A model generated the notes under the pieces. The model did no database searches, was not told where the DNA came from, and saw nothing but the letters and a program-made list of their open reading frames with translations. Source: Tubulanus polymorphus (Eukaryota; Animalia; Nemertea). From it: a stretch of DNA of 64,000 nt. The stretch is taken from positions 19,815,101 through 19,879,100 of the forward strand of contig NC_134025.1 in NCBI RefSeq assembly GCF_964204645.1, in the 5' to 3' direction. This document shows positions 47,001 to 59,200 of the stretch, piece by piece. A program made the translations under genes and the position numbers. Within the stretch, counting starts at the first letter, position 1; each line of letters begins with the position of its first letter.

Positions 47001-50000
47001 TTATTTTATCCCATACCCCTTCCATTTTAAGATGCCAGTAATAGTAAATTCTATTTCCCTTCGCCCTTCCATTTTTTCTTGAAAAATCTGTATTCCAAGT
47101 AATTACATACAGGCCTAAGCAGAATAAGCAGAGTTGTCTTTTGAAGTGAGAAGGGTAAGTGTGACTCCAGTCTCTCCTGTCCAGACTTCAACATTTTTTA
47201 AAAATTTCTTTCAAGATTTCATAATCTTCATATCAAAAATTAAGATGGTATTCTTTCGTCACATTACAGATCAGTTTCCTGAATGGTTAGAAATATGCCA
47301 TTTTATTGTCCTGGATACCCGCTAGATAAACAGAAACATAACAACATTTAAGTTCCAAGAGTTCAGCGAGACAGCAAAGCAAAATTTACTTACAAGCGAA
47401 CTGCCTACCCGTGAAGACGGGGAGCTCTTTAAAACAAAAATAAACTGGTCAAATGCAAGAATCATTTAAAACTTATTAAGAAGCAATGATTTTGCAATCA
47501 TTATCTACTTACTGAAGCTTTGTTAAACTAGTAAGCAGGCCTACAACTACAGTTGCTTAGAGGGAACTAAAACACGAAGTCGAAGGGCTTTACTGCGGCT
47601 ATGAATGTCATTACCACAGGGGTACCTAACACTATTCTCCTTACCATAAGCATTCTAAGTACCATTTATATGAAAACTGTTTTTACATATAGTTCCTAAA
47701 AGGTCTAATGACAAACCCTGCGCTGTAGTGGCAGAAAATATGCTTGTAATTTTCATAAATTTGCCATTTTTGCGAATGAAAAATCTCGGTCAGATGTGGT
47801 AACCACATTTTGAGATGCACACGTTTCGCACGCTTTTCCAATTTAGTATAGGAAAAGCCTTCAGACTTTGTAGCTGAAACTATAAAGTAAAACTTGAATC
47901 GATCAATACATACCCCATGAGATTGACTAGTAGAAAGCAATGAGCTTTGTTGTTGGGCTTTATGCGATTCAACAGCTCTGTCGATGTCTTCTGCATGATC
48001 TCCAGAATCCTGTAAAATATATATTGACATTTCAGATTGGGCTCAACTGAAAAAAATCAAGTTATCCAAGTAATCCTGGTCTTGCCAAAATGCAGGATCC
48101 GGTTCCGCAGTTGTGAGTAAAGAGTAAACGCCGAGTAAGAATTAGTTCATTTTCGATAGTTAACTCAAGAGTTAAATGTTAATTCACAAATGTGGAACTA
48201 GGTCCAGTACCTAATTTCACAGTTCTAAATTGCTATTTCAACCCAGGAACTGGGTGCTGGAGTCAGTTCCTTCGACAACGTGTGAATTACATTTGTAGAT
48301 CTGATATTAAATTTAGTTCATTCCAGTGCCAAATTTATAACCTGAACCCTTGGTCCACATTGTTTGATTATCCTTAATCGTCCTTTTTTAATGAACGGGA
48401 CTTTTGGAGTCGAAGTTTTGGAGCCCTGATTTGTGAAGCGAGGTTTACCATAAGATACAATGAAAGAGACACAAAAAAATTCGTTCGGTGTCATAAAATT
48501 TTCTTACCGATGCAACCTTCAGATAAAATCATAAAAATCATTACGATAATCAGATTTTGAGGCATAAAACAATTCCATAAAAATTCAGAAAACTCCTACC
48601 ACCGTCTATAAACCGCATTCAACCCTACACCACAAAATAGCAGGCAAAATAAAACATCATCGATTAAGGGAGAGAACGATAAAGGAATTCCGTACATCTT
48701 TGAAAGAGTAGTAAAATACATATAAGGATCACTTCTGTGGAATAGTTACTATTCAAATGATCATACCTTCTGTCTCATGTAAACGTCCTCATTATGACGT
48801 GAACGATGAAGTTTTGGTGAACGAAGCAGTTTCGGTGAATGATGCTCTAAGTTATAAAGGTACTGGGCCCGTTGTAACCGTGGAGACTGCGTGCCTTGGA
48901 CTCCTACTTCATCCATAATTCAAACATGAACGAACTTTTTCCGTAAGGCATATGAAAATTTCCTCCCAACGACAACACCGACAAGTAATCCGAAATCGGT
49001 CATTTTGTAGACATAACCCACAAATACACTAAGTGCACACGTTCTACTAGTGTACTATGTAACTATACGCCGATTATCACCACGACAATCAATAAAATTA
49101 TTATAGCATATACATATTACATGGAAATATAGGTTGCAGGTGTTGCGCAGTTTTCCGATGGAAAATCAGGGTGTTCCCGAAACAGTTCAAATTATCCAAA
49201 CGATTATTTGTCATTATTCGGTAGATTACGTACAGATCAAGAGCGCTGGTAATTATATCCGTACGTAGTTTAACTCAGTTGTCAACCCTTCTATCGATAT
49301 CAAAGCAAAATGAATTAAGTAAGAACATTCATAGAACTACTGGTACTGATATCCATTGAAAACTTATAAAATTCGTTGCTTGAAATATATACCATAGACT
49401 TCTCAAAATGAGTAGTCAGAACACAACAACTATGTATCTTGTGTCCTTGTTCTAATTCCAATTATGTATTTTTGTAGCTAATAACATACATAATGATTGA
49501 ATTAAGAAATATATTAAAATCTCAAGCATTCCCTGATATCACCTGTCTCCATTAATAAGACCTTATCCGTGTTGACACATTAATATAAAGAGAATTCCAC
49601 AATAATAACGAAAAATTAAGTCCAAAAATGTTGCCCTGTGCTAGTACCACTAGGAAACATTTTCGGACTTGATTTTTTGCGTTTTATTGTGGAATTCTCT
49701 TTACACTATAACCTGTCTATAAGCTAAGACTGGTCAAGTTATTTTCAGTATCAATTGAGTCAAAATAAATGACTTGTGCATTAAAACTAAATATACAAAT
49801 TCATTTGGTTTATAGTAAGTTGCTCATGCATGATATTGTGCAAAATATTAGCAAATTCTTGTTTCTGTGTGTCACTACCTTTATTCCAGGATCAAAGGTC
49901 ATTCGATAGAAAAGTGCCTTAATGTTTTTCCATTGTTTACCATGAACACGTTTCTTTGATATGACTTCAGGCTTACTGCATATGGGATTTGACTTTTCGG

Positions 50001-50427
50001 GTGATGTTATCTCTTCATGTCTAGAACTGGCTGTCCGATCATAGCAACCACCGTACAATTCACTCTGTCTCAAAGAATGACGCTGTAATCGTGATTGGTC
50101 TATGGATGACCTCGTTGTATATCGACTTGATGATGATTGGCAACTCACATATGATAAATCATTATTTATTTTTCTAGTTACTGAGGTGCTCGAGATATTG
50201 TCTGTAGGGTTTTCAGTTGGTATTTCATATTCTTTTCCAGTAGGTGTTTTTTCTGGTAACAGCCCAGAAATCGTAGGCGTAAGTACAAAGAGGTCAGTTG
50301 GTGATGATTTAAAAAGCAATGCTGGTTGTGCTGAGGTAAATTGCATCGCTGAATTAGAACAGTCAGAATCATAATTGGTTTGAACAATGCTACTACTATC
50401 TATGTTCCTCGTTGACTGTTCCAACAT
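28931..50427 (-). CDS. SYTL5: Synaptotagmin-like protein (SYTL4/5, bitesize family), tandem C2 domains; core complement join(47914..48009,45043..45165,40835..41019,37442..37544,36567..36728,30575..30768,30173..30381,28931..29070) plus probable exon 49879..50427; N-terminal Rab-binding domain not seen in the window
   Basis: C2A: [11 protein letters not shown]...[14 protein letters not shown]...[34 protein letters not shown]...[26 protein letters not shown]2B: [13 protein letters not shown]...[21 protein letters not shown]...[22 protein letters not shown]-...[32 protein letters not shown]. All phases are consistent. The paralog number is not resolvable in an invertebrate. Confidence 0.88.
29538..30161 (-). 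mobile_element. Degenerate HINE copy in the last SYTL intron
   Basis: actagcggttcaggcacaccatg ... gaacgcaatag..tgggattagtcccagtgggctaaaa. Confidence 0.65.
30173..30381 (-). CDS. SYTL5: SYTL C2B exon
   Basis: ttgtag|T TAC TTG CTT CCG GAT...TTA G|gtaatg. Confidence 0.92.
30575..30768 (-). CDS. SYTL5: SYTL C2B N-terminal exon
   Basis: ttttag|AAA CAC...AAA GG|gtaaga. Confidence 0.9.
31460..31747. repeat. 144-bp direct tandem duplication spanning host flank and HINE terminus
   Basis: acacttcttttatt...cgctcaacaat repeated at 31460 and 31604. Confidence 0.9.
31689..33224 (-). mobile_element. Near full-length HINE with tandem array and an extra internal terminus at ~32384
   Basis: Both termini present, about 6 repeat units; a solo 5' fragment follows at ~33530-33717. 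Confidence 0.88.
35900..36392. repeat. Degenerate HINE-like repeat of a different family; similar elements at ~46075-46690 and ~54600-55150
   Basis: Tandemly repeated units with ccatcttgaa / aagatggc motifs and terminal gtcccc...ggggacaaaaa hairpin. Confidence 0.45.
36567..36728 (-). CDS. SYTL5: SYTL C2A C-terminal exon
   Basis: tttcag|TAC AAT...CGG|gtaact; [17 protein letters not shown]. Confidence 0.92.
37442..37544 (-). CDS. SYTL5: SYTL C2A exon ([18 protein letters not shown])
   Basis: ttatag|G TAT...AAG|gttagt. Confidence 0.92.
38560..39240 (+). mobile_element. Penelope-like retroelement relic (RT C-terminus plus GIY-YIG endonuclease), with stops and frameshifts
   Basis: [34 protein letters not shown]...LAYPDKIL...[26 protein letters not shown]...[14 protein letters not shown]...FESALI. 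Confidence 0.85.
40835..41019 (-). CDS. SYTL5: SYTL C2A N-terminal exon
   Basis: atttag|GGA AGT...GAT CC|gtaagt. Confidence 0.92.
42166..42189 (-). CDS. Candidate 24-nt SYTL microexon (SLGNSSSQ)
   Basis: gttacag|AGT...CAG|gtaggg; phase 0-0, open in frame. Confidence 0.45.
45043..45165 (-). CDS. SYTL5: SYTL acidic linker exon ([13 protein letters not shown]...SKLSLL)
   Basis: gtttag|GGT...CTT|gtgagt; 41 codons, phase 0-0. Confidence 0.75.
47394..47426 (-). CDS. Candidate 33-nt SYTL microexon ([11 protein letters not shown])
   Basis: ttttgttttaaag|AGC...CTT|gtaagt; phase 0-0. Confidence 0.6.
47914..48009 (-). CDS. SYTL5: SYTL linker exon ([17 protein letters not shown]...)
   Basis: ttacag|GAT...GGG|gtatgt; phase 0-0. 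Confidence 0.72.
48767..48916 (-). CDS. Candidate alternative first coding exon of SYTL (MDEVGVQ...YMRQK)
   Basis: ATG followed by 50 open codons ending AAG|gtatga (phase 0); no acceptor just upstream. Confidence 0.5.
49587..49702. repeat. Fold-back (palindromic MITE-like) element
   Basis: About 46-bp imperfect arms aaagagaattccacaataa...aatgtt / aacatt...ttattgtggaattctcttt. Confidence 0.75.
49879..50427 (-). CDS. Probable large Ser/Thr-rich SYTL exon
   Basis: tttttacag|ATG TTG...AAG|gtagtg; 183 open codons, phase 0-0 (ORF 49810..50439). Confidence 0.6.
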
Positions 50428-50784
50428 CTGTAAAAACATGAAGTAATCATGAAAATACTAGAGACCACAAGATGAAAAATATTCATTATTGAATTCGCTA
50501 AGTTTTAAGCTACGGATTGATTGTAATTGATAACCTACTAAGAACTGATGACAAAAGCTTGATGGAGAGGCAGATTCAATCAATTACCGTACTTCCTTAC
50601 GCAAGGAATGCTACAATTTTACCGATATGGTGCAGGAAACGAAAAGCCTATCTTATGCTGTAGATTTTGTGTAGTGAAACATTAATATTCTAATCGATGA
50701 CAAGTGTATTGAAGTGTTTTATTCACATCGAAAACAAAGTACAAATGATTCGATATCCCGAATAAGCACTGTGCAATTTGTTAC

Positions 50785-51143
50785 TTATCTTCATGTTTCT
50801 TCTCTTCTATTTTTTCTTCTAGTTTTGCACGCATTTGTGCCTTAAGGGCATTCAATCTATTAGGGTCTCGCATGAGGACACCATGAGGTGGCACTGCTGA
50901 CTGACAAGTTTCTGATGTTGTCACCAGTTCGTTCGGTGATTGATGAACCTCGGCGTCGGTTTCAATAGTATTATTGGCCACGTCCGGTTGATCCACAGTT
51001 TGAAGTATCTCCCAAGATGATTGTTGTTTCCACGAAAACTTTTTCTTTTCAGCATCTGCTGCTCCCTTCTCACCGATCTCAACAGTCGATTTATCACTAT
51101 GTAGAACTTCACCTCTTAACCTCTGACCTTTTTTCTCTGCCAT
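50785..51143 (-). CDS. Candidate alternative first exon (MAEKKGQRLR...EEKKHED)
   Basis: Good start context aaaATGG and 120 protein-like codons; best donor AA|gtaaca is phase 2, which does not match downstream phase-0 exons. Confidence 0.4.
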
Positions 51144-53049
51144 TTTACTTACGTAAACCTCACCCGTATATCGAATAAAATTTCCAAAAAAAACATTCCT
51201 TCAGCTTGTTCAGATATGTCCACAATTTTCCACTCGAGCCCTCGAGGAAGGTCTGAAAATGTTGATAGATGTTATCGTTCGGTGTCACTCAAGTCTCTAG
51301 TGTAATGACTACCTGTAAATCGACTGGATTCATTAGCCAGTTGTAATCGTCACTCGCCTGGAAATTGAGCGTCCCTGCTGTGGCTGTCCAATTCCGACAA
51401 ACACACAGACATCAACCTCTAAATTTCCACCCAACTTAATAATCGACTTTTCAACTGGTTCTATTATATGGCTAGTGGCATCTGTAGAATTTGAGTGAAT
51501 TCAAAAATATCCAGAATGGAAATTTCACTCCGCTTTATGTTTATCTTCGTACATGACAGCTGGTGGAGTTTGATTAATAGTTTGCATATGTACGTTGGCA
51601 CCTTGGACAAATTTGCCTTGCACATCTTTCGGCATAGCTCGCTTACCAAAACACATTATTTTCTATCCGAAATTATACGCGTCGTGCATTATGGCAGCGG
51701 CAAATTGATCAAACAAAGTCAAATGAAATATGCATTCTACGTAGATTCTATTCACATTCGCTTCAATGAGATATAGATTTACGAACATACGGCAGCGGTC
51801 GATAGAAACACGTGTCTTGTAATCATTATATTTCGAATCGAATCAGGAATGTGATCAGATATCAGCTGATTGAATGAATTTCAATCGCATACCTCACAAA
51901 ATGTCAACGTCTGAAGCAGAATTCCAACAGGTACTTATGTACATATACATAATTATGAGATTTGGCGATTGGGTAGATGATACAGTCTTCGACTGGTCTA
52001 ATTTTAAAAAAAATTGTAAACTTGTGACCGACTTCGATTCACTTTTGCCTCTAAGCTGGTCTGCAACTTCATTGCCTCCATGGTTGAAGAAGGAGCTCTT
52101 CTGATGTCTGCTTCATCATGACTTCGAGCATATCGTGTAGCCAGCCGGCCCAGTCCCGGGGCCCGGTTTGGCTGTCACTCGATATCCTAGACTTGAGTCT
52201 GGGTTGAAGTAGACATTGTCATTTAAATAACTTATTCATGTTATTCTGTATGAATTACCCGTGTGTCTTGTATTTTGTATTTTCTTAGTTTGTAACTTTG
52301 TAACTTTATTGAATTTGGGAATTTTATCCCGGAATTTCAATGTAATAAGGATCAATAAAGTATTGAATTGAATTGTCACCTTATACACATGCCATCAGTG
52401 GACGCGGAGCCGTATATGACAGCTATGCTATTATAAATTGCTAATCTCATGAAACCTGCATACCCCTAATATCGAACATATTTTCTAAAACATTTGAATA
52501 TTGAAATTATATGTTTACACGTTTTTATATAGACCGCTTGTAGCCGCCGATGAAATTCACGCCGGCCCTACTCAGATCGTAGATAGCTTCGTCATTCCAC
52601 TAGCATCCCCATGACAGGGTCTGACTTTTATATCAGACTTCCAAATCGTGTATACATCCGCCATTTAACCGAATAATCCGATTTACTTATCATTTCTATT
52701 TATGCCTGCCGCTCCTGATATAATCATACATCATTTACTATTACAATACGTCTTCTCATGATATTCAATGCAATATAACATTCCGACGTTCAAATAGAGG
52801 TCATTATATAATCACAGGGAGCCATTCTACATCTTTATCAATAATATTTTGCCAAATAGCTTGTATGTGTACACATAAACCTGTGACGTTTTGCACATCG
52901 ATTTACGGTTGTCGTTTGTAAAATGACGCTGAATGGTTAGCATTGTTAAGGTTTCATAATGGTAACGGCTTATAAGGCGTCAAAAAAATTGATGTAAACA
53001 GTTGAAATGACCAAATATGTGATAAAAGTGGAACGGATGCCTTCTCATA

Positions 53050-53344
53050 AGCCGCGATCACAGGCGTGTATTTGGCCTGGAACAACGTTCACACAGGTGC
53101 CAAATGGTTCCATGCCTATTTGGCCCAACCAAAAATGTCTCACAGGCCCAAGCCAAATTTCAGTAGGGACAAAAGATTGCGTTTGAATTTGCAACTAGTC
53201 CTAGAAATTACTCACTTCGCTTTGGCTGAGGATTGCATAGTATCGAATGAGTGGTTTGCATACAGGCGCACTCTCTAACTTAGGCGCAGGCCAAATTTGG
53301 ATCAGGCCTGATCCGGGCCAAATCGTCTCCGTATGATCATGGCT
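53050..53344. mobile_element. Harbinger-type MITE; better-preserved copy at 57154..57480
   Basis: AGCCGCGATCAC terminus, ggccaaatttgg internal repeats, shared interior. Confidence 0.65.
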
Positions 53345-53417
53345 ATTATTTGAAATTTAGCAATGAAATGGTACTGCTTGAGATTAGTTACATTACAGTG
53401 TAGTGGAGCGGTGTAGT

Positions 53418-53810
53418 GGAGCGGTGTGGCCGAGCGGTTAGAGCGTTCGGCTCTGGGAAGCCAGGTCGTGGGTTCGAACCCCGTACATTGCCGTAGTGTC
53501 CTCGGGCAAGACACTTATCCTCATTGCCTCTCTCCACCCAGGAGTAAATGGGTACCTGGCCTGATAGATGACTCCTGAGCGCTTGTAAACAGCTCGGCGT
53601 TACTTCTCCCCAGGGAGAGATGACTGATACATGTTAGAGCATAAAATTGGCCGAGGTAATAATACCGAAAAATGTAAAGCGCTCTGAGCAGCCTGGCTAG
53701 ATTTAGCGCTATATAAGACACATATTGTTATTATTATTATTATTATTATTATCATTATTATTATTATTATTATAATAATCATTATTATTATTATTATAAT
53801 TATTATTATT
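53418..53810 (+). mobile_element. tRNA-derived SINE with conserved central domain, L2-like 3' tail and (ATT)n end
   Basis: A box TGGCCGAGCGG and B box GGTTCGAACCC; gtgtcctcgggcaagacactt...tccacccaggagtaaatgggtacc core; tgtaaagcgct...agcgctatataag tail; long ATT microsatellite. Confidence 0.88.
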
Positions 53811-56800
53811 TCATTACACCTCACAAGCTATGGAACTATCCCAGACAAAAAATTAATTAATTTTTTGCTAGATGACTTTCATTGAGGTAGAAACTAATAC
53901 TGTAGATGCCAATTATAGCTTTGAACAAGTAAAAAAGAAAATAACCTGAGAATTTAGTCAAGTTGCTGAGTTGCTGAGAACCATTTACACAACAAATCAT
54001 ATCACAATTCGACCTTAAATGTTTAAACCCTAATTCATTGCACTATCACTTACTGAGTGTGCTTTTCATTTAAAATCATTGAAGTTACCAAATGAAACAT
54101 TTTTTCATGAAACTGGACCATATGCCCGACATTAAACCAGCTAATTTCAATTTAATGTGCAGTTATATGATTTGGATATTAGCCATTGCTATTGGATACA
54201 TTTCTGAAAACCAATTGAACTGACGATTTTAACCATCTGCGAATTGGTCCTAAGAATATTCATACATATGCCAACTTCCAAAGCATTAGTTAGATTAAAA
54301 CGTCGCTATAACACAATAGATCCCTATAACAATGGTTACATGTACCAGTAAATGGACTTCATATTTTTGACAAATATCTATCAAAATAACGGAATATCCA
54401 GCAGCTAAACAAATATTTCAACTTTTTTGTGCAGGAACAACCAACTGAAGTGCTAATGAAAATAAGAACTCACACAATCTGCAAACCAAGAAAAGGTCAA
54501 ATTTCAGATTCTCAAAAAGTGTCTGCATATGTAGTGTAGAACGTGACGATTAAGCACGAATGTATTGAAATGAGTCTTGTCGATGAGTATAGTCATCTGC
54601 AGTATTAAACTTTCATGAGTCGAGGCTTTCGCAATCTTAAAATGCTAATTTCTAAAAAGCTACTGACAAACCCTCCATCATGCAAAGGAAATGGACAAAT
54701 GTATACCGGTATCACATTAAGATTTCAAAGAACAGTAATACATGAGCCGCATTCACACTATGTTATTTGGTCTAAATTTGGCCCATTTTCTTTGGAAGAG
54801 CAAGAGCGCTAACAACATCAAGATGTCCACGGTGGTTGCTATATTGGAAAAGCGAGAAAGCCATTTTTTGATAGGTTCCATCCATGGAACAAACCCATTA
54901 CACAAACCAAGTTCAGAAGAAATTGCATGTTATTTGAAGTGTGTAGAGCACTAACAAGAAATTCAATATGTCCGCCATGGTTGCCATTATGGATGAGCAA
55001 GAAAGTTCTCAATAGTTTTCATCCTAGGACCTACCCCATTATAGCTACTAACTGTCATGAAAATCACTTTATTTGAGCGCTTATAAGGAAAAGCACACAG
55101 TGCATGTTGCACAATGCTGGGTTGACACAATAACTGCCAGGGACTCATAAATCTAGCATTAAGATATACATTTCAGGGTAAAATACTAATGGTGACATAT
55201 TTCAGGGCTAGTGATATCCATCTGTAATCAATTCAACAACTTGTGTATGAACACGCACTCTGGTTTTACACATTACACGTATGGACCAATTTAGAACAAT
55301 CTAACTAGTGATGTTGGCATGTATAGTTCACATGCATCAAATCATGGACGTTTGTACATCCATGATCAAATCAACTATAGCTCTTCATTTCATTTAACTG
55401 CTTGCACTTGACATCCGTCAGGCACATCACCTCTATAGCTGACAAATACGAGCCCCAGGGGGTACTACACTCAGCCTATATCTAGTATTCTTTTTTTATG
55501 AAATGATCATGCATTTGTGGGTTCAATGACAAAATACACATTCTGCTTCAATCAAGCATGTATTTCTAAGAAACGTGGACAGGCAGTTTCCAGGAACAAA
55601 TACTTCAGGTCAATTTATTTTTTCCGACTATCAGTAGAAAACCCATGCATTTACGATTACTGAAAATCAAATTCACCATTCAGTCAACCTTTGTCAGCCG
55701 AAAAATGGTCATAAAATGGTGATAAAATAGGCAGCCAATCAGTTGCTTCAAATAATGATTGAAATTACATTCAGTAGCCCTTGACTAGACGCTTATAATG
55801 ATATATCATTTGATTGGGTAACTAGTATAGTTCTCTAATAGCTCCACCTAGAAAATGTGGAAGAATACATTTTCATCTCTACTAAACTAGATGAAAGGAT
55901 TTAAATGAAAATTTATAAAAGTGTTTCGAAATATCAAAATACTTGTGCCCATAACCTGCATTCTGACTGGCGCCAGTATCAGAGTGGCGTTGGTGTATCA
56001 GTGATCTCACGTTCAGTCATATGGCCGAGAGCAATGGTCAGCTATCATCATTGAATTCTGAGTGTAGTCACAGACAGTTTACTATCTGAGCCCTGCTTAA
56101 CCCAACCAGACAGAAGTTTACTCTTAAACTGGCATTTATAAACTGAATATTTGTGTTCAGATTTTTCCAAAAAAACTTTATTCAACATGGTTCTCTGTTG
56201 CACAGTGAAAAAGCCTATCATCTAAAAAACTGTAGCATCTAATTCACTCAATTTGCATAGCAATAGACTCGGCTTACAGCTGGCCTAAAAATTCAATAAA
56301 GGCAGGCCCTGAGACTGCCAGTGACTTGATTATCTGCGACCCCCAGTGATTTTCCCCAAAGAGCAGTTGACCTACACGTCCGTGTACCTGCCAGCAATAT
56401 GATCAGTTGTAATGAGTTGTAAATACTCTACTTTCTGCAATGCTACATAACTATCTCTCTAACTTGCTATGGACATACGCTTTTAGAGACTTTGCTGATG
56501 ATGGCGTTGCTGTTAAACTATACACCTATTTGCGACCCATTGCTACAGACCGCATTGCAACGCAAAATGACCTACACCATCTTTACATGCACCAATGCAT
56601 AAAATCTTTTTTTAAACTTATCTTATGTTGATCTCGTTGGATGATAATACCAAAGTAACTAACTGTCAGCATATACAAGTAAGCACGCGGCCATTTTCAC
56701 AAAACACGCTATAATTAGACATTGATTCGAATTAAGTGTTTTTGTATAACAGGCCCCACAGATGGAAGAGGTGCAGAAAATTTTGTGCTTAATCTTCCGC

Positions 56801-57153
56801 CCATGTATTCCTGACCTTAGATTTACCTCAAGATCTATACTTATAATTGTAGCAGATAAAATCATGACCACAAGATCTAGCTTGTTGTTTTATCTACCTG
56901 AGATCAAACATCTAATCCTCTGACAAATATTCACAAATGGAATTGGTATCTTCAGTTAGCTCAATTAACTAATTAAGTTGTAGCCTCTGACATTTCTGTT
57001 AGTGCTAAACGCCATGTTCTGTATGAACGGAAATATCACTAAGAATTGTATAACATCATAGAGTATAACATCATAGAGCATTTAAAAATAATGGAAAATT
57101 TCAGGTGATTTTCATTATCAATCATATTAGGAATAATATTGCAGATAGGCTTT

Positions 57154-57480
57154 AGCCGCGATCTCACAAGCATATTTGGCCCAGAACAAGTGTTCACACA
57201 GGTGCCAAATGGGCCCGAGCCTGTTTGGCCCGGGCCAAATTTGGCCCGACCAAAAACGTTGGTCCAGGCCGGAGCCAAATTTTAGCACCAGACAAATGAT
57301 TGCGTTTGAATTGCAACTGACACCGGAAATAATCCACTTCGCTTTGTTTGAGCATTGTTTAGTATCGAGTGAATGGTTTGCGTGTGAATGCGCTCTCTAA
57401 TTAGGCACGGGCCAAATTTGGCCCGAGCCTGATCCGTGCCAATTTGGCCCAGGCCAAATCGTGTGCGTGTGATCGCGGCT
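57154..57480. mobile_element. Harbinger-type MITE
   Basis: TIRs AGCCGCGATC / GATCGCGGCT. Confidence 0.7.
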
Positions 57481-58640
57481 TTTATCTGGTATGTGAACAT
57501 TCATTAGTGATATTCATTAAACACTCTTCAGAAGATGTCCCCAAATATGGAATTAATAGATCGACCTTTTCAACTGCATTTCCAAAATCTATCTTAATGA
57601 ATTGTTCACACATTATATATAGATATCCATATTTGGAAACATTCACTTTTTCACAGCTAAATCATTCAATGAGTCAAGTTCCCATGAGATTGATTATCAT
57701 CTTACCAATTATCATATTAGATTCTTCATTGTAATGATGGCAGAAAGGCAGGCCGATTGCTGTAGAATATATGTATATAACCACATACACCTTTAAAGCT
57801 ATAAAGCAAAGAATTATGAATGAAACCAAACCGTCATCTCATCATCAGCATCCCAATCATTGTAACGATCTATTGGCTCATCCTAGGTGACAACATGTTA
57901 CATTGTAATTTACAGGACGAGAACTATCTTGATGTGTGAACTAGTGCAAGTAAGTCAATCAAAATCTCTATCTATAGCACTTTCTCTCATACAATTGCCG
58001 CACACACCTGAACGATTTTCACTGATCGCCTTATCGCCCCAACATGCAAGGTATTAACCTGTTCCAACTATTTGATCATGTAATCATTTTTGTATAGTTA
58101 CCTAGCAATTTTCTGCGAAAACCCGATGAAGACATGCTTGATTCCATCTGATTTTTACCACACGAAAAATCCAGATATCAGTTTCCCTGATGGACATTCG
58201 TAGCCAAATTCTTAATTGTTCCAGCATAAATAACAGCGTGAATACTTAGGGTAGGCCTACGTAGATACTATTACGAACTAGATTTCTTAGAAATTTTCAA
58301 AACTACGATAATGTGATTTTTATGCATGTTGGTAGCTAAAAGTCACGGAATAATTTCATTTAACGCACGTAGTTTGGTAAAAATCACAGATAATCCAAAG
58401 TGAATAATGTGAAAACACCACGGAAAATTGGAAATTTTTGAAAACTACATAAGTTTTTGAACATGAGAATATTGAAGTGTGTTATTGAATTTTGCAATGA
58501 AATCAAATTTGGGGGATTTTTACCTAGGGGGAATTTTTACCTTGGGGGATTACCGGAGGAATTTTACCAGGGACATTTTTACCTGTTACCTAATTAGAAG
58601 TGTCTAAATTTAGTTCAATTCAATTTTGAATGGACAAAGG

Positions 58641-59200
58641 GCTGGCTTATGTCGACAAGCAACGTGACGCCTACCGACGCAACTGGATTTTTCGCCGATT
58701 AGCGGCAACTAGCGGCCTACGAGAGGTAGTAAGCGTCATTCGTAATTAGTCATAAACTTTCAAATTCAAGTAGTTCAAGACATAAACCAAACCTTCAGCA
58801 TGGCAGTTGATTGGACCGAAGATCTAGAAACGAAATTGGTCGAATTATCGTTTGAGCGGCCATCTTTATATGATGTCGCTAGCACATTGTTTTCAAAACA
58901 GAATCAGAAAGATAAAGATCTTTAAGAAATAGCTTTTCTAATAGAAATATATTTCCCAATAATTCAATATTTCCCAATAATTCAATATAATTCAAATTTA
59001 TTCTCAAAATGCTTATCACGTGACCATCTGAGCCTTTGCAGTTGCCAGTAATCGTAACCGACATAAGCAGGGAAGCAACTGGGAGGATCTCGTATCCCGC
59101 CAGTCGGCCTCAGTTGCTGCGAATCGGAGCGCAGTCGACATAAGCTGGGCAGCGATCGCGGTTGCTCTCAGTTGCATCGTTGCTTGTCGACATAAGACAT
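58641..59200 (+). mobile_element. Harbinger-derived element with MADF/Myb-SANT pseudogene fragment
   Basis: 18-bp IR cttatgtcgacaagcaac / gttgcttgtcgacataag; 58800-58933 reads MAVDWTEDLETKLVELSFERPSLYDVASTLFSKQNQKDKDL*EIA. Confidence 0.7.

Noticed and set aside
53418-53490. tRNA gene
   Set aside because: A and B boxes are present but the acceptor stem does not close and the sequence continues into a SINE body and tail.
53600-53824. Poly-Ile ORF
   Set aside because: It is the translation of the (ATT)n SINE tail.
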